Source: an uncultured Chloroflexia bacterium
GTDB taxonomy: Bacteria > Chloroflexota > Chloroflexia > QHBQ01 > JADMIH01
Length of the DNA stretch: 64,000 nucleotides
Direction of reading: 5' to 3'
NCBI GenBank assembly: GCA_963797095.1
Contig: CAWCNY010000005.1
Span: forward strand, 608,001-672,000
A program made the translations under genes and the position numbers. Of the stretch, positions 31,236 to 41,028 are shown one piece after another (the stretch's first letter is position 1; each line of letters opens with the position of its first letter). The notes under the pieces were generated by a model that did not search any database, was not told the DNA's origin, and worked only from the letters and a program-made list of their open reading frames with translations.

Positions 31236-32624
31236 TCAGTGGGCATCTGCTGCCACCTGCTCCAGTGGTTTGGCGTTGCGGACGTAGCTGTTGATGGTTG
31301 TGGCGAGGCTCAGGACAACGTAGACTGAGCCATAGGCGATGATGGTGCCGGTCGTGCCGAAAACGCCGAGCAGTATGCCGGAGAGGGCGGCACCGATAGG
31401 TTGGAAGCCGTATGCCAGTAGGCGGAAGGTGCTGTTGACACGACCTTGCAGTTTGTCGGGGATGAGGGCAAGGCGGTAGCTGAATTGGACGACGTTGTAG
31501 ATGGGGCCGGTCATCCAGGATAGACCCATGATGATGCCTAGCACCAGGAAGTTGGGAGCGGCAAGGAGCGTAAAGTAGAGGACAACGTTAATCCAGCCGG
31601 TGGTGATAATCACCTGGGCGAAGGAGAAGCGCTTTTGAATCTGGCCGCCTACTACGGCACCGACCACGCCACCGAGAGCGCCAATACTGACGAGGAAACC
31701 GATTTCGGTATCGCTTGCTCCGAGGTCTTTGGCGCGCACTATGAGGATCAGGAAGGTGGCCGCGTTGATGAAGTTGAGGCCGCCGGTGAGGAAGGCCATA
31801 AAGCGGATCAGGGGCTGGTTCCAGAGCCAGGAGAGGCCCTCTCGGATCTCTACGAGAATGTGGCGCTGTTCGGCCGGGCGCTCACCCTGAAACTGAGTTT
31901 TGATGAAGAGGAGAGAGACGACAGAAAAGGCATAGGAAACGGCGTCGAGGATGAAGGGGAAAGCGCGGCTGACGCTCTGGAATAGGAAGGTGCCGATGGG
32001 GGGACCGGCGAGGTTGGCGGCGATGAAGCCACCCTCGTTCTGGGCGGTGGCCTGGGGAAGCTGCTTTTTGGGCACGACGCGGGGGAGGGCTGCTACTTCG
32101 GCTATGTTGAAGAAGACGAAGAAGATGCCCTCGATGAAGGCGTTGATGAGAAGCTGCCAGGGGGTGATCTTGTCGAGGGCAAAGGCGAGGGGGATGCTGG
32201 CGATGTTGAGGGCGCGGAAAGTATCGCAGATGATCATGACGTGCTTGCGGTTCCAGCGGTCGATGAGAGCGCCTACGGGGAGGCTAATGAGGAGGTAGGG
32301 GAGGGAGCCAAGAGCGGCGGCAAAACCGGCCAGGGCGGTATCGCCGGTGGGATTGGAGGCGCTGACGGTGATCGCCAGGATCAGGAGGGGGAAGACAATG
32401 CCCGACATACCGCTGCCTACGGCTGAGATCACCTGACCGCTCCAGAGGAGCATGTAATCGCGGTTGAAGACTAGAGGGCGGAATTTCTCCTGTTGAGGTT
32501 GGGGCTGTTCGGGCCGGGCATTTTCGGGGGCGGCCATCGCGGTATCGACGGAGACCGAGGAATGGATCGCTATGTCTTCTTGAAGCTGCTGCAAGGCAAC
32601 CTGTTCTTGTTCGGTGGTGTCCAT
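31236..32624 (-). CDS. MFS transporter (DHA3/MefA-like)
   Basis: LLWSGQVIS, GALIDRWNRK, IPDKLQGRVNS. Confidence 0.9.
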   Translation of the reverse strand: MDTTEQEQVALQQLQEDIAIHSSVSVDTAMAAPENARPEQPQPQQEKFRPLVFNRDYMLLWSGQVISAVGSGMSGIVFPLLILAITVSASNPTGDTALAGFAAALGSLPYLLISLPVGALIDRWNRKHVMIICDTFRALNIASIPLAFALDKITPWQLLINAFIEGIFFVFFNIAEVAALPRVVPKKQLPQATAQNEGGFIAANLAGPPIGTFLFQSVSRAFPFILDAVSYAFSVVSLLFIKTQFQGERPAEQRHILVEIREGLSWLWNQPLIRFMAFLTGGLNFINAATFLILIVRAKDLGASDTEIGFLVSIGALGGVVGAVVGGQIQKRFSFAQVIITTGWINVVLYFTLLAAPNFLVLGIIMGLSWMTGPIYNVVQFSYRLALIPDKLQGRVNSTFRLLAYGFQPIGAALSGILLGVFGTTGTIIAYGSVYVVLSLATTINSYVRNAKPLEQVAADAH

Positions 32625-32693
32625 GTTGGGTATTTCACTTCCTCTTGTGGTGACCGAGCAGGCTAGGCAAACCACCCGGTAATTTCGACTCAT

Positions 32694-32810
32694 GTGTGCG
32701 CTTTTTGGATTGGTACGCTCCCGAAGTTTGATCCTGGAGAGCGAGATCCTTCGCTTCGCTCAGGATGACAAGGTCATCATGGGTTTGTTTCCTGACACAT
32801 TTTCGTTAGC
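32694..32810. repeat. ~117-bp dispersed repeat C, copy 1
   Basis: Core GAGCGAGATCCTTCGCTTCGCTCAGGATGACA; colinear with 47036-47152. Confidence 0.8.
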
Positions 32811-32842
32811 ACGGTGATCAGGATGAGAGGGGTAAGCCGGGG

Positions 32843-34306
32843 TCATTTTACGGCTTCCTGGGGGAGCGCCTGGGGCATCTGGGCGTCGGCAAGGATCTTT
32901 TCTATGGGTTCGCCACGCTGGATGGCGACTTCGTCAAGGTACTTCTTGTCTTCCACCTTCAGGAGGTACTGGTTGAAAAGCTGGATGGTGGAGAAAAGAA
33001 CTACGATGCCGCCCAGGATGGCGAGGATCAGGCCGGGGTTGAAGGTAGCACCCGCGAGTCCGGCCAGGAGAGTGCCCACGGGAGCGGAGAACTGGGCGAT
33101 GACGCGCCTGACGGAGAAGACACGGCCCTGAAGGGCGCGGGGAACCTGGGTTTGCCAGATGGTCTGGGAGTGGGAGTTCATGACAGGGATGAGAGAGACC
33201 AGGGCAAAGCTCATGGCGGCGGAGAGGAGGATGGACGGGGAGAGGCCATAGACGATCTGGATTATCCCCGCCACGAGGATCGGGATTACGACGCCGTAAA
33301 CGCGCTTGCGCTTGAGGCCACCCCAGGTGCTCATTAGCACGCCACCGACTACGCCGCCGATGCTGCCGAGAGTGGTGATGAGGGCGAGGGCGGTCTCGAA
33401 GGTGAAGCCGAGATGCTGCCAGTCAGAGGCGAGGTTGAATTTAAGGAGGAGGGGGACGAAAAGCTCGACGGGGGCACTGGCGAAGTTGATCACGGTGAAG
33501 GTGGCGAGGAGCCAAAGCAAGGGAGGGCGACGCCTGATGTACATAGCGCCCTCTTTGATGTCGGCCCAGACGCTCTTTCTGATTTTGGTGCCATCCTCGG
33601 CGTGGAGGTCGGTGCGTTTGGGGGAGGGGATGTAGAGGAAGAGGAGGGTGGCAGCCGCGATGAAGAAGGTGACAGCATCGACGCCGATGGCGAGGGCCGC
33701 GCCGTCGGTGAGGGGGGCAAGCCAATCGGCGAAAGCGCCGGGTAGGAGGCCCTGCCGGGCCAGGGAAGGGAGGGCGATGATGCTGGCGGCGATGGCGGGG
33801 GAGAGAATGCCGGAGAGGGACCACATTGTTTGCATCATGCCGTTGGCGCGTGCCAGTTGTTTTTCGGACACTAGCATGGCGTAGGAGGTATCGAAAGCCG
33901 AGTTGTGGAAGACGCTGAAGCCCTGGAAGGCAGCGACCAGAAGGACAAGCATCCAGACATCGAGGACGCCTGTGAGGAGGAGGGTCATGAGAGTGAAGCT
34001 GAGGAGGCCATTGGTGGCGTCCACAAGCATCATGGTACGCTTGCGGTCGTGGCGGTCGGCCCAGGCACCCGCGATGGGGGCGAGGACGAGGGTGACGATG
34101 TAGGTGAGGGAGATGGCGGTGAGCGCGAAGGCTAGCTCAGGCTTCTGGGACTCCAGGGGGTATTTGGTCTGGGTGAGCCAGATAGTGACGGCGAACCAGG
34201 TGAGGGCGCTGCCGAAGACGGAGAGCGATTGGGTGATCCACACAATGAGGAAGGTGCGGAAGCCATTCGCAGGGGGCTGGTATTCTGTTGCGATTGGTGT
34301 GGACAT
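32843..34306 (-). CDS. MFS transporter (MefA-like)
   Basis: WITQSLSVFGS, GAWADRHDRK, WQTQVPRALQGRVFS. Confidence 0.9.
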   Translation of the reverse strand: MSTPIATEYQPPANGFRTFLIVWITQSLSVFGSALTWFAVTIWLTQTKYPLESQKPELAFALTAISLTYIVTLVLAPIAGAWADRHDRKRTMMLVDATNGLLSFTLMTLLLTGVLDVWMLVLLVAAFQGFSVFHNSAFDTSYAMLVSEKQLARANGMMQTMWSLSGILSPAIAASIIALPSLARQGLLPGAFADWLAPLTDGAALAIGVDAVTFFIAAATLLFLYIPSPKRTDLHAEDGTKIRKSVWADIKEGAMYIRRRPPLLWLLATFTVINFASAPVELFVPLLLKFNLASDWQHLGFTFETALALITTLGSIGGVVGGVLMSTWGGLKRKRVYGVVIPILVAGIIQIVYGLSPSILLSAAMSFALVSLIPVMNSHSQTIWQTQVPRALQGRVFSVRRVIAQFSAPVGTLLAGLAGATFNPGLILAILGGIVVLFSTIQLFNQYLLKVEDKKYLDEVAIQRGEPIEKILADAQMPQALPQEAVK

Positions 34307-34401
34307 GCTTTTCCCTGTGAATTAGATAAGTATCTCAGTGGATCTACTTTAGCAAATCGGTGACGGGATCGCCATCGGTCCTCAGGCGTATTTAGCGATG
34401 G

Positions 34402-34445
34402 GGGTGCCGGGTGCCGGGTGCCGGGGAAGCCGACGGCTTCCCCGG
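34402..34445. repeat. (GGGTGCC)x3 fused to palindrome CCGGGGAAGCCG-A-CGGCTTCCCCGG
   Basis: Read directly; between two MFS genes. Confidence 0.8.
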
Positions 34446-34457
34446 AGAAGGTGCGCG

Positions 34458-35723
34458 TCAGGCGGCGGCTACCTCCTTTTCCTCGCGCATCTGGGATAGT
34501 GGCACCTGGCCGGGGTCGCGCAGGAGGCGCAGGGCCAGGAGACCGGAGATTATCACCAGGAGGCACATGGCTGCCATGAGGAAGACCACGTAGAGGTGGC
34601 CGCCGAGCACGGTTGCCAGCACCCGACCAAAGAGGAGGAGGAGCGCCTGGGTGGTGTTGATGGTGCCGAAGACGCGCCCGCGATAGCGATCCTGGGTGAG
34701 GCTCTGGAACATGGTGAGGGCTCCTACATCGAGGCCGACCAGGGGTATGCCGACTAGGACCAACAGAGCCAGGTTAAGGGGAAGGATGGGAATGGAGAAG
34801 ATGAGGAGGTCGACCACGCCAAAGAGGAGCAATCCATAGGAGACAAGCTGCCAGGCCTGGACTTTTTTGGAGACGAGGCCTATAAGGGCACCGCCCAGGA
34901 GTCCGCCGATGGCCTGGGCGGTCATGAGCCAGCCAAGCTCGACGGAACCGCCTTTGAGGGCGTCGGTGACGTAGACGGCGAAGAGGACGGTGATAGCGCC
35001 GTCGGCGAGCCAGACCATGGTGGCCAGGCTGAGGATGGTGGCGAGGGTGCGGTTGCTGCGTATTACTGTGAGGCCCTCCAGCCACTCGCGGATGAGGTTT
35101 CTGTAGTGGAAGGAGGGGGGTGGCTCATCTTCGGGATGCCCGACGCGGGTTATGTTGCGAGGCGCGCTGATCAGGAGAATCAGGCTTGCGCCTATGACGA
35201 AGCTGGCTACATCGAGTACTACGGAGAGGTGGAAGCCGAAGAAGGCGAAGACTACGCCACCAACGGCGGGGCCGATGAGGCGGGCCAGGTTGTTGTTGAG
35301 GGAGTTGAGGGCGTTGGCGGTGACGAGATCGCTTTCGCCTACGAGCTTGGGGAGGAGGGCGCTTTCGGCCGGATTGGAAAGCTGCCTGATTATGTTGGCG
35401 GTGATGGCAACCACATAGATCACCCAAACGTCGGCAGGGGTGTTGAAGAGGAAGAGGAGGGAGTAGACGGGGGCAAGCAGGAGGTTGGTTACTACGAGGA
35501 TCTGCTTGCGGTCCAACCTGTCGACGAAGACGCCGCCGAGGGAGCCGAGGAAGATGCCGGGGAGGGCGGCCACCACGAAGTAGAGGCCCATGGCGGCGAC
35601 GGAGCCTGTGAGGTAGAGGGTGTAGAGGGGGAGGGCTGTGAACATGACCCAGTCGCCCATGAAGGAGATGAGGCCGCCCCACCAGAGGAGGGCAAAGTTG
35701 CGTTGTCTTAGTACTGCGATCAT
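34458..35723 (-). CDS. MFS transporter
   Basis: RNFALLWWGGLIS, GVFVDRLDRK, YRGRVFG; true start MIAVLRQ at 35723. Confidence 0.9.
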   Translation of the reverse strand: MIAVLRQRNFALLWWGGLISFMGDWVMFTALPLYTLYLTGSVAAMGLYFVVAALPGIFLGSLGGVFVDRLDRKQILVVTNLLLAPVYSLLFLFNTPADVWVIYVVAITANIIRQLSNPAESALLPKLVGESDLVTANALNSLNNNLARLIGPAVGGVVFAFFGFHLSVVLDVASFVIGASLILLISAPRNITRVGHPEDEPPPSFHYRNLIREWLEGLTVIRSNRTLATILSLATMVWLADGAITVLFAVYVTDALKGGSVELGWLMTAQAIGGLLGGALIGLVSKKVQAWQLVSYGLLLFGVVDLLIFSIPILPLNLALLVLVGIPLVGLDVGALTMFQSLTQDRYRGRVFGTINTTQALLLLFGRVLATVLGGHLYVVFLMAAMCLLVIISGLLALRLLRDPGQVPLSQMREEKEVAAA

Positions 35724-35783
35724 GGTGTTTCTCCGTGGATGGGGCCGACCCCTCGAATGTTGTTTCACATTGGGTGAGCAAAG

Positions 35784-35990
35784 ACCCCTCACCCCCGGCC
35801 CCTCTCCCCTTGTAGGGGCGAGGGGAGTTAATAATTGGTGAGGAGAGTTGTGGGGACACCCCCCAATCCCCCTGTCAGGGGAGGACCCCTGCACCCCCTT
35901 TCGTTGACGTGTAAAGGAGGGGTTGGGGGCACCCCTAATCTCCTGTCAGGGGACGCCGGGGTCTTTCAGGGTAATACCTCTGCACCCCCT
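35784..35990. repeat. composite dispersed repeat A+B(+B), copy 2
   Basis: Same A hairpin, TTAATAATT spacer and B modules as copy 1. Confidence 0.85.
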
Positions 35991-35993
35991 CGG

Positions 35994-37133
35994 TTAGCGA
36001 CCGAGGCGGGTGATGGCGTCGAGGGCTTCCTGGGCTGACATTTCGCCGCGCTCTACCTTCTGGAAGATCTCTAGCTCGGCTTGCTGGCGAGAGACGTAAC
36101 CTTCGGGCTGGGTGCGGTCGCCGTAGCTTTCGTCTGAGCGGCTGAGGTCGGTGGTGAGGGAACCGGAGGTGCCATCGCCATCGGCCCTAGGCTGCCTGCG
36201 CGGGTTGATGTTGATGTCACCGCTGACGGTTGATACCTGGATGGTGAGGCCGCCGCCGCCGTTGACTTCGAGGGAGGTCTCGCGCCTGCCATTGGCCTGG
36301 TACTTGACCTTGTCGCGGGGGAAGCCGCAGGTTACGGAGCCGCTGACGGTGCGGGTCTCAAGCTTGAAGCCGGCATCGGCAGGGGTGAAGACGGTGAGGT
36401 CGCCACTGACGGTGCGTACCTCGAAGTCCTTTTCAGGGAGCTTGACCATGTCGAGTTGCAGATCGCCGCTGGAGGTGTGCATGCTCAACTCATCGAGTGA
36501 GAGGTCGCGGGTGCGGATGTCGCCGGAGGCGGTGCGCACGCCCATCTTGCCTTCGAGGCCGGCAACGGTTATGTCGCCGCTGGCGCTGCTGACCAGGAGG
36601 TTGCCGCCCACGTTCTTGAGGCCGAGGTCGCCGGAGCTTGTCTGGCAAAGGAGGGTGCCTGTGACACCTTCGATCTTGATATCGCCGCTGCTTGTGCGAA
36701 GGTTGAGGTGGCAATTGTGCGGTACTTTGATGTAGTAGTCGCGGCCACCACGCCAGTTGCCGAGGTTGATATCGACGTGGACGCCAAACCTGCTCATCCT
36801 GCGCATAGTGCGGTCGATGGCGCGCTCGATGTTCTTGCGCTCAAGGCTGGTGGCGGCCTTCGCCAGGTCTACGCCGAGGTCTTTCAGTTCCACGTCGCCG
36901 GGGTCACGGAAGTTGACTACTTTCTGACGGCCGGGGTTGTTCTTGATGGTGACGTTGGACCCTTCCTCGATTACATCGAAGTAACCATCGGGGTCGCTGA
37001 TCGATACTTCGATCTCCTGCTTGTCCCATGCTTCAACGTAAACGTCGCCGGTGGGCTGTTCGAGGTTGACGCGGGGGGTTTCGTCGAATTCCGCTGTGGA
37101 AATCGTCTGTGTGTATCCTTGAGTTTCTGCCAT
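35994..37133 (-). CDS. DUF4097 beta-strand-repeat protein with SHOCT-like tail
   Basis: Repeated TSSGDI/TVSGD; C-terminal VERGEMSAQEA. Confidence 0.85.
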   Translation of the reverse strand: MAETQGYTQTISTAEFDETPRVNLEQPTGDVYVEAWDKQEIEVSISDPDGYFDVIEEGSNVTIKNNPGRQKVVNFRDPGDVELKDLGVDLAKAATSLERKNIERAIDRTMRRMSRFGVHVDINLGNWRGGRDYYIKVPHNCHLNLRTSSGDIKIEGVTGTLLCQTSSGDLGLKNVGGNLLVSSASGDITVAGLEGKMGVRTASGDIRTRDLSLDELSMHTSSGDLQLDMVKLPEKDFEVRTVSGDLTVFTPADAGFKLETRTVSGSVTCGFPRDKVKYQANGRRETSLEVNGGGGLTIQVSTVSGDININPRRQPRADGDGTSGSLTTDLSRSDESYGDRTQPEGYVSRQQAELEIFQKVERGEMSAQEALDAITRLGR

Positions 37134-37207
37134 TTTGTTTGCCTCCTAAAGTGATTTTTGTTAGTCAGGTAGATTGGTAATAGGTCGCGGGCGTGTGTGA
37201 AGCGCCA

Positions 37208-38218
37208 TCAAAATATACGTAGGGAGTATGTTCCTGCCGAGGCAAAGAACCTCTCTACCAGCCAGTTTTTCATAAGGGCAAAATAGCCGGGAGCGAAATC
37301 GAGATCGCTTCTTTCACGACGCTCTGCCCGCTCCTTGCGGCTGCCGGTCTCTGAAGTAAATATGCCGTGATCGGCTTCGGCAAATACTTTGAGGGTAAAA
37401 TCGGGGTTGCCCGCCGCCTGAAGCTCCTGCCTGAAAGCCTCCACACTGTGCAGGGCGGGGACCAGCTGGTCGGTTTCGCCCCAGATGCCGAGGAAGGGGC
37501 AGGTGACCTGGCGGAGCACAGGCCTGGGATCGTAGTCCATGATCTTGAGCATGAATGCAGCACCTTCGGGCGCAAGGTCGGGCAGATAGGGCATCCAGGG
37601 CTGGTCTTTGAGATGCTCGAAGTCGAGGGCCTGCATAATATCGGCGACGGAGAATCCATCGCGCAGCATGTTGAGGCCGGTGGAATAGAAGTGAACGGCG
37701 CGTTCGACATCTTCCTGGGGGAAGCCGTCGGCCCGAAGCTCGTGCTCGGCTCGGAATATCTCTTGATCGGCGGGGCTTATGGCCGGACCTGAGACGGCGA
37801 TTACGAAGGCGATATCGGCTGAGCGTGAGGCGGCGAGGGGTGAGACCCAACCGCCCTGGCTGATGCCCCAGAGGCCGACGGCGTCTTTCTTTATGTCGGA
37901 GCGGCTGCGAAGGTAGTGGACGGCGGCGATAGCTTCGCCGGCGCGGTCGTTGAAGTCCTGGTCGAGCCAATTGCCAGTGGAGTCGCCACAGCCCGGCTTA
38001 TCCCAGGTGAGGGTGGCGAACCCCGCACTTTCAAACATCTCGGCGAGGGCCATGAAGTAGGGGTCGGAGCGGACACCTGTGCCCGACCCCTCTACGATGG
38101 CTACCGCCGGGTGGGATCCCTCGGCATCGGGCAAGCAGATCATGCCTGCCAATTGCGTTTCGCCGTTCTCAAACATCACTTCTTCGGTACGCATTGTAGT
38201 TGTTCTCCTGGGTTCCAT
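37208..38218 (-). CDS. alpha/beta hydrolase (S9/CocE-like)
   Basis: GSG, DKPGCGDSTG, GISQGG nucleophile, D..VP, ADHG. Confidence 0.85.
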   Translation of the reverse strand: MEPRRTTTMRTEEVMFENGETQLAGMICLPDAEGSHPAVAIVEGSGTGVRSDPYFMALAEMFESAGFATLTWDKPGCGDSTGNWLDQDFNDRAGEAIAAVHYLRSRSDIKKDAVGLWGISQGGWVSPLAASRSADIAFVIAVSGPAISPADQEIFRAEHELRADGFPQEDVERAVHFYSTGLNMLRDGFSVADIMQALDFEHLKDQPWMPYLPDLAPEGAAFMLKIMDYDPRPVLRQVTCPFLGIWGETDQLVPALHSVEAFRQELQAAGNPDFTLKVFAEADHGIFTSETGSRKERAERRERSDLDFAPGYFALMKNWLVERFFASAGTYSLRIF

Positions 38219-38291
38219 GTAAGGTGTGATACGTTACTAACTTTGCGGGTTTCAGAGTTGGTGGCTGGTCCGGTTAAGTGGTGGCTTCCAA

Positions 38292-38318
38292 GTAGGGCGA
38301 GGCATGCCTCGCCCCTAC
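38292..38318. repeat. REP-like GTAG palindrome
   Basis: GTAGGGCGAGGCATGCCTCGCCCCTAC; relatives at 15911-15932, 56401-56476 and 61896-61918. Confidence 0.75.
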
Positions 38319-38338
38319 AGGGGCTTTGAAAGGATTAC

Positions 38339-38602
38339 CTAGACCAGAAGGCGCTGGACGCGGTTGATGCCGTACTCTTCCATCCTGTCGGCCAGGCCGC
38401 GGGGAGCGGGAGCGAGGGCGACGTGTGTCGAAGGGCAGGTGTTGTCGTCTTCGACGGTGGGGATGGCGGGAGCGGTTACCAGTTGAACCAGGAGCCATCT
38501 GCGCTTCTTGCCGGTGTTGAAGTGGAATGAGAAGCGCGAGCGGCGTATACCTTTGAGAGCTTCGTTGTTCTGGGCGATGGGGCCAATCAAATTCGTAATC
38601 AT
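38339..38602 (-). CDS. hypothetical 87-aa protein
   Basis: RBS GAGGAG; co-oriented directly after the DUF2089 gene. Confidence 0.6.
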   Translation of the reverse strand: MITNLIGPIAQNNEALKGIRRSRFSFHFNTGKKRRWLLVQLVTAPAIPTVEDDNTCPSTHVALAPAPRGLADRMEEYGINRVQRLLV

Positions 38603-38665
38603 TGTCTTTCTCCTCTTATTTCCTCAGGGGTGCGTTCTGCACGGGTTGTGTGTTGCCTGTGACGG

Positions 38666-39172
38666 TTATCCGTAGATTTTCTTCATTGCCTCTGCGGCGC
38701 TGATCTTGCCGGCAGCCAGGTCATCGAGTATTTTTTGCCTTTGCTCGGCGGACATCCTGGGGGGAGTGGGCGAAGTGGGTGGGATTGCCGGAATGGGCGG
38801 GGCGGGAACTGTGGGTGCGGGCGGAGCCGGCATGCGAGGCATCTGGGGCTTGAGGACCTGGGCCTCATAGTATTCGTACTGATCGACTTCGCTAAGCTCG
38901 GAGTCGTTGACGTCGTATCCCATGGCTTTGACTACTTCGTTGAGGCGAGCGACGACGGTCGGGTACGAGATCTCGAGTTCGTCTTCAACGTCTTTGATCT
39001 TGCCTTTGCATTTCATGAAGACTTCGACGAAGGCGACCTGCTCAGGTGTGAGGGCCTGTAGTCTGCCGAGGCCGAACGCGCCATCGATGCCTGTGCCGCA
39101 AGTGCCGCACTGCAACCGGGTGACTGTAAGGGTGCTGTTGCAGATCGGGCATTTTCCTGGCATTTGATTCAT
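38666..39172 (-). CDS. DUF2089 family Zn-ribbon/HTH regulator with SHOCT-like tail
   Basis: CPIC..CGTC, GKIKDVEDELEISYPTVVARL, ILDDLAAGKISAAEA. Confidence 0.88.
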   Translation of the reverse strand: MNQMPGKCPICNSTLTVTRLQCGTCGTGIDGAFGLGRLQALTPEQVAFVEVFMKCKGKIKDVEDELEISYPTVVARLNEVVKAMGYDVNDSELSEVDQYEYYEAQVLKPQMPRMPAPPAPTVPAPPIPAIPPTSPTPPRMSAEQRQKILDDLAAGKISAAEAMKKIYG

Positions 39173-39233
39173 TTTTCACAACCTCCGCATTCAGATTATC
39201 AATTTTGGTTTCAATATTCTCAACTCTGCGGCC

Positions 39234-39262
39234 ATCATATCACAGGAAATTGAGTTTGTCAA
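39234..39262 (-). promoter_or_regulatory. sigma70-type promoter TTGACA-N17-TATGAT
   Basis: Near-consensus boxes with a 17-nt spacer, inside a TCAA/TTGA-rich AT tract. Confidence 0.75.
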
Positions 39263-39373
39263 GTGGTAAATTGAGAAATTTAAGATGAATGTCAATAATC
39301 TTCATCTATTCTTTGAGTTTGTTCAAGATTGGTTGCTATTCTTACACTTCCTTGACTTTTGGGGTCCGGGGAA

Positions 39374-39487
39374 CCCCTCACGCCAGCCCCTCTCCCCCGG
39401 TGGGGGAGAGGGGGTTAATAATTAGTGAGGGGAGTTGGGAGGACACCCCCAATCCTCCTCTCAGGGGAGTACTCCCTGCACCCCTTT
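39374..39487. repeat. composite dispersed repeat A+B, copy 3
   Basis: CCCCTCTCCCCCGGTGGGGGAGAGGGGG-TTAATAATTAGTGAGG-B module. Confidence 0.85.
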
Positions 39488-39797
39488 GCAGGGGGTTTGG
39501 GTGGTGGAGAGAGTAGAGGGTGGTCTGGTAATTGCTTGGGTGGGGAGGAGAGGAAAGGAGGGGTTTTGTGTGTAAGGTGAGCGCTAGTACTAATTCTATT
39601 GGGAATGAATACTTTTGGGCCGTTGCATTTTATTAGGTTCTGATATAACATATAGACACCGGGGGAGGGCCGGGTGCCACGATGTATCAAGGGCGTGTAT
39701 ATACCTCCGGGAATCCTCGTATTCGCGCTGGTGGGCGCACCGGCAATATAAATGCGACATAAATTAGGAAATCGGATAGAGAAGAGGAACCGCCAAT

Positions 39798-40607
39798 ATG
39801 CCAATTACCAGCACGAGAATGCCGATTATCGGTATCTCTACAATTGATGACCATGACGCGGCAGGGATGCATGCCCCGCGCTTCAGCCTGAACCAGAGTT
39901 ATGTGAAGGCTGTGGAGGCGGCAGGCGGCATACCGATCCTTATTCCTCAGTTGGAAGATGAAGGGGCGTTGCGCCGCATTTACGATATGCTGGACGGTAT
40001 TTTGTTTCCGGGCGGGTTGGATATTCACCCGAAGTTTTACGGGCAGGAGCCGCACCCGGCGCTTGACCCTACGGATATAGGGCTTGATTTTGTGGAGACT
40101 ACGATATTGCCGTGGGCACTGGACGACGACCTGCCTGTGCTGGGGATTTGCCGGGGCGAGCAGGTGATCAATGTGGTGATGGGCGGGACGCTGATCCAGG
40201 ATATTTACAGCCAGTACACGACCACTATTGACCACAGGGAGTCGTTCAAGAGGCGGATCAGGGATTTCCTGGCGCATGATATTGCTATTGACCCGGATTC
40301 GAGGCTGCGGACGCTGGTCGGGGAGGACCGCATATGGGTGAATACGTCGCATCACCAGGCTATTGATAAGGTCGCGCCCGGGTTGAAGGCAACGGCGTGG
40401 TCGCCTGACGGGATTGTGGAGGCGGTGGAAGCGCCTGACCGCCGTTTCTTGCTGGCGGTGCAGTGTCACCCCGAGGAGATGTGGCGCAAGCACCCGTGGG
40501 CGCGCAGGTTATTTAAGACGTTTGTGGACACGGCGTCGGATAGTATGGTTTCGCAGGGGCCGCACAGGTCGGCACTGCATTCTATGCAGGCTTTGCATTC
40601 GGCCTAA
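39798..40607 (+). CDS. gamma-glutamyl-gamma-aminobutyrate hydrolase family (peptidase C26, PuuD-like)
   Basis: PGGLDIHP, LGICRG, VNTSHHQAI, QCHPE. Confidence 0.88.
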   Translation: MPITSTRMPIIGISTIDDHDAAGMHAPRFSLNQSYVKAVEAAGGIPILIPQLEDEGALRRIYDMLDGILFPGGLDIHPKFYGQEPHPALDPTDIGLDFVETTILPWALDDDLPVLGICRGEQVINVVMGGTLIQDIYSQYTTTIDHRESFKRRIRDFLAHDIAIDPDSRLRTLVGEDRIWVNTSHHQAIDKVAPGLKATAWSPDGIVEAVEAPDRRFLLAVQCHPEEMWRKHPWARRLFKTFVDTASDSMVSQGPHRSALHSMQALHSA

Positions 40608-40666
40608 TGGGTTAGGCTCACCTTTTTTTGTTTGGGTATGCCCTAAGTTTGGGGTGCTTGCAAAGA

Positions 40667-40930
40667 GCCCTCACTCCCAGCCCCTCTCCCCTGCTAGGGG
40701 AGAGGGGAGTTAGTAATTAGTGAGGAGAGTTGGGGGACACCCCCGCCGCCCAGAGGGCACCCGCCCGGCAGGCAGTTCCGCCTGCACCCCCTTTAGCAAT
40801 CGCGCCTGAGAGCTGGGATACGCCCAAACCGCTCGGCAGACTTTTCTGCCTGCACCCATGTTGGTGGAGTGTAAAGGAAAGGTTGGGGACATTCCAGAAA
40901 CCCCCTGTCAGGAGGCGAAGTTCCCTGCAT
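40667..40930. repeat. composite dispersed repeat A+B variants, copy 4
   Basis: A hairpin at 40667-40709, TAATTAGTGAGGAGAGT spacer, several CCTGCACCC modules. Confidence 0.8.
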
Positions 40931-41028
40931 CTCTTTTTTGCCAATTGGGACCGCGAGTTGGGGGAAGTGTCCCAGATTCCCTTTCTGACCAGGGTGAAAG
41001 ATGGGGCGGATTGGGGTATATTAGGGGC

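Noticed and set aside
39650-39797. Possible riboswitch in the PuuD-like leader
   Set aside because: Only one imperfect long-range stem and no recognisable aptamer motif.
40858-41028. Extended N-termini predicted for hutI (also MFS 35894, pyrH 54521, LiaF-like 61921)
   Set aside because: They translate intergenic repeats; downstream starts have better signals.
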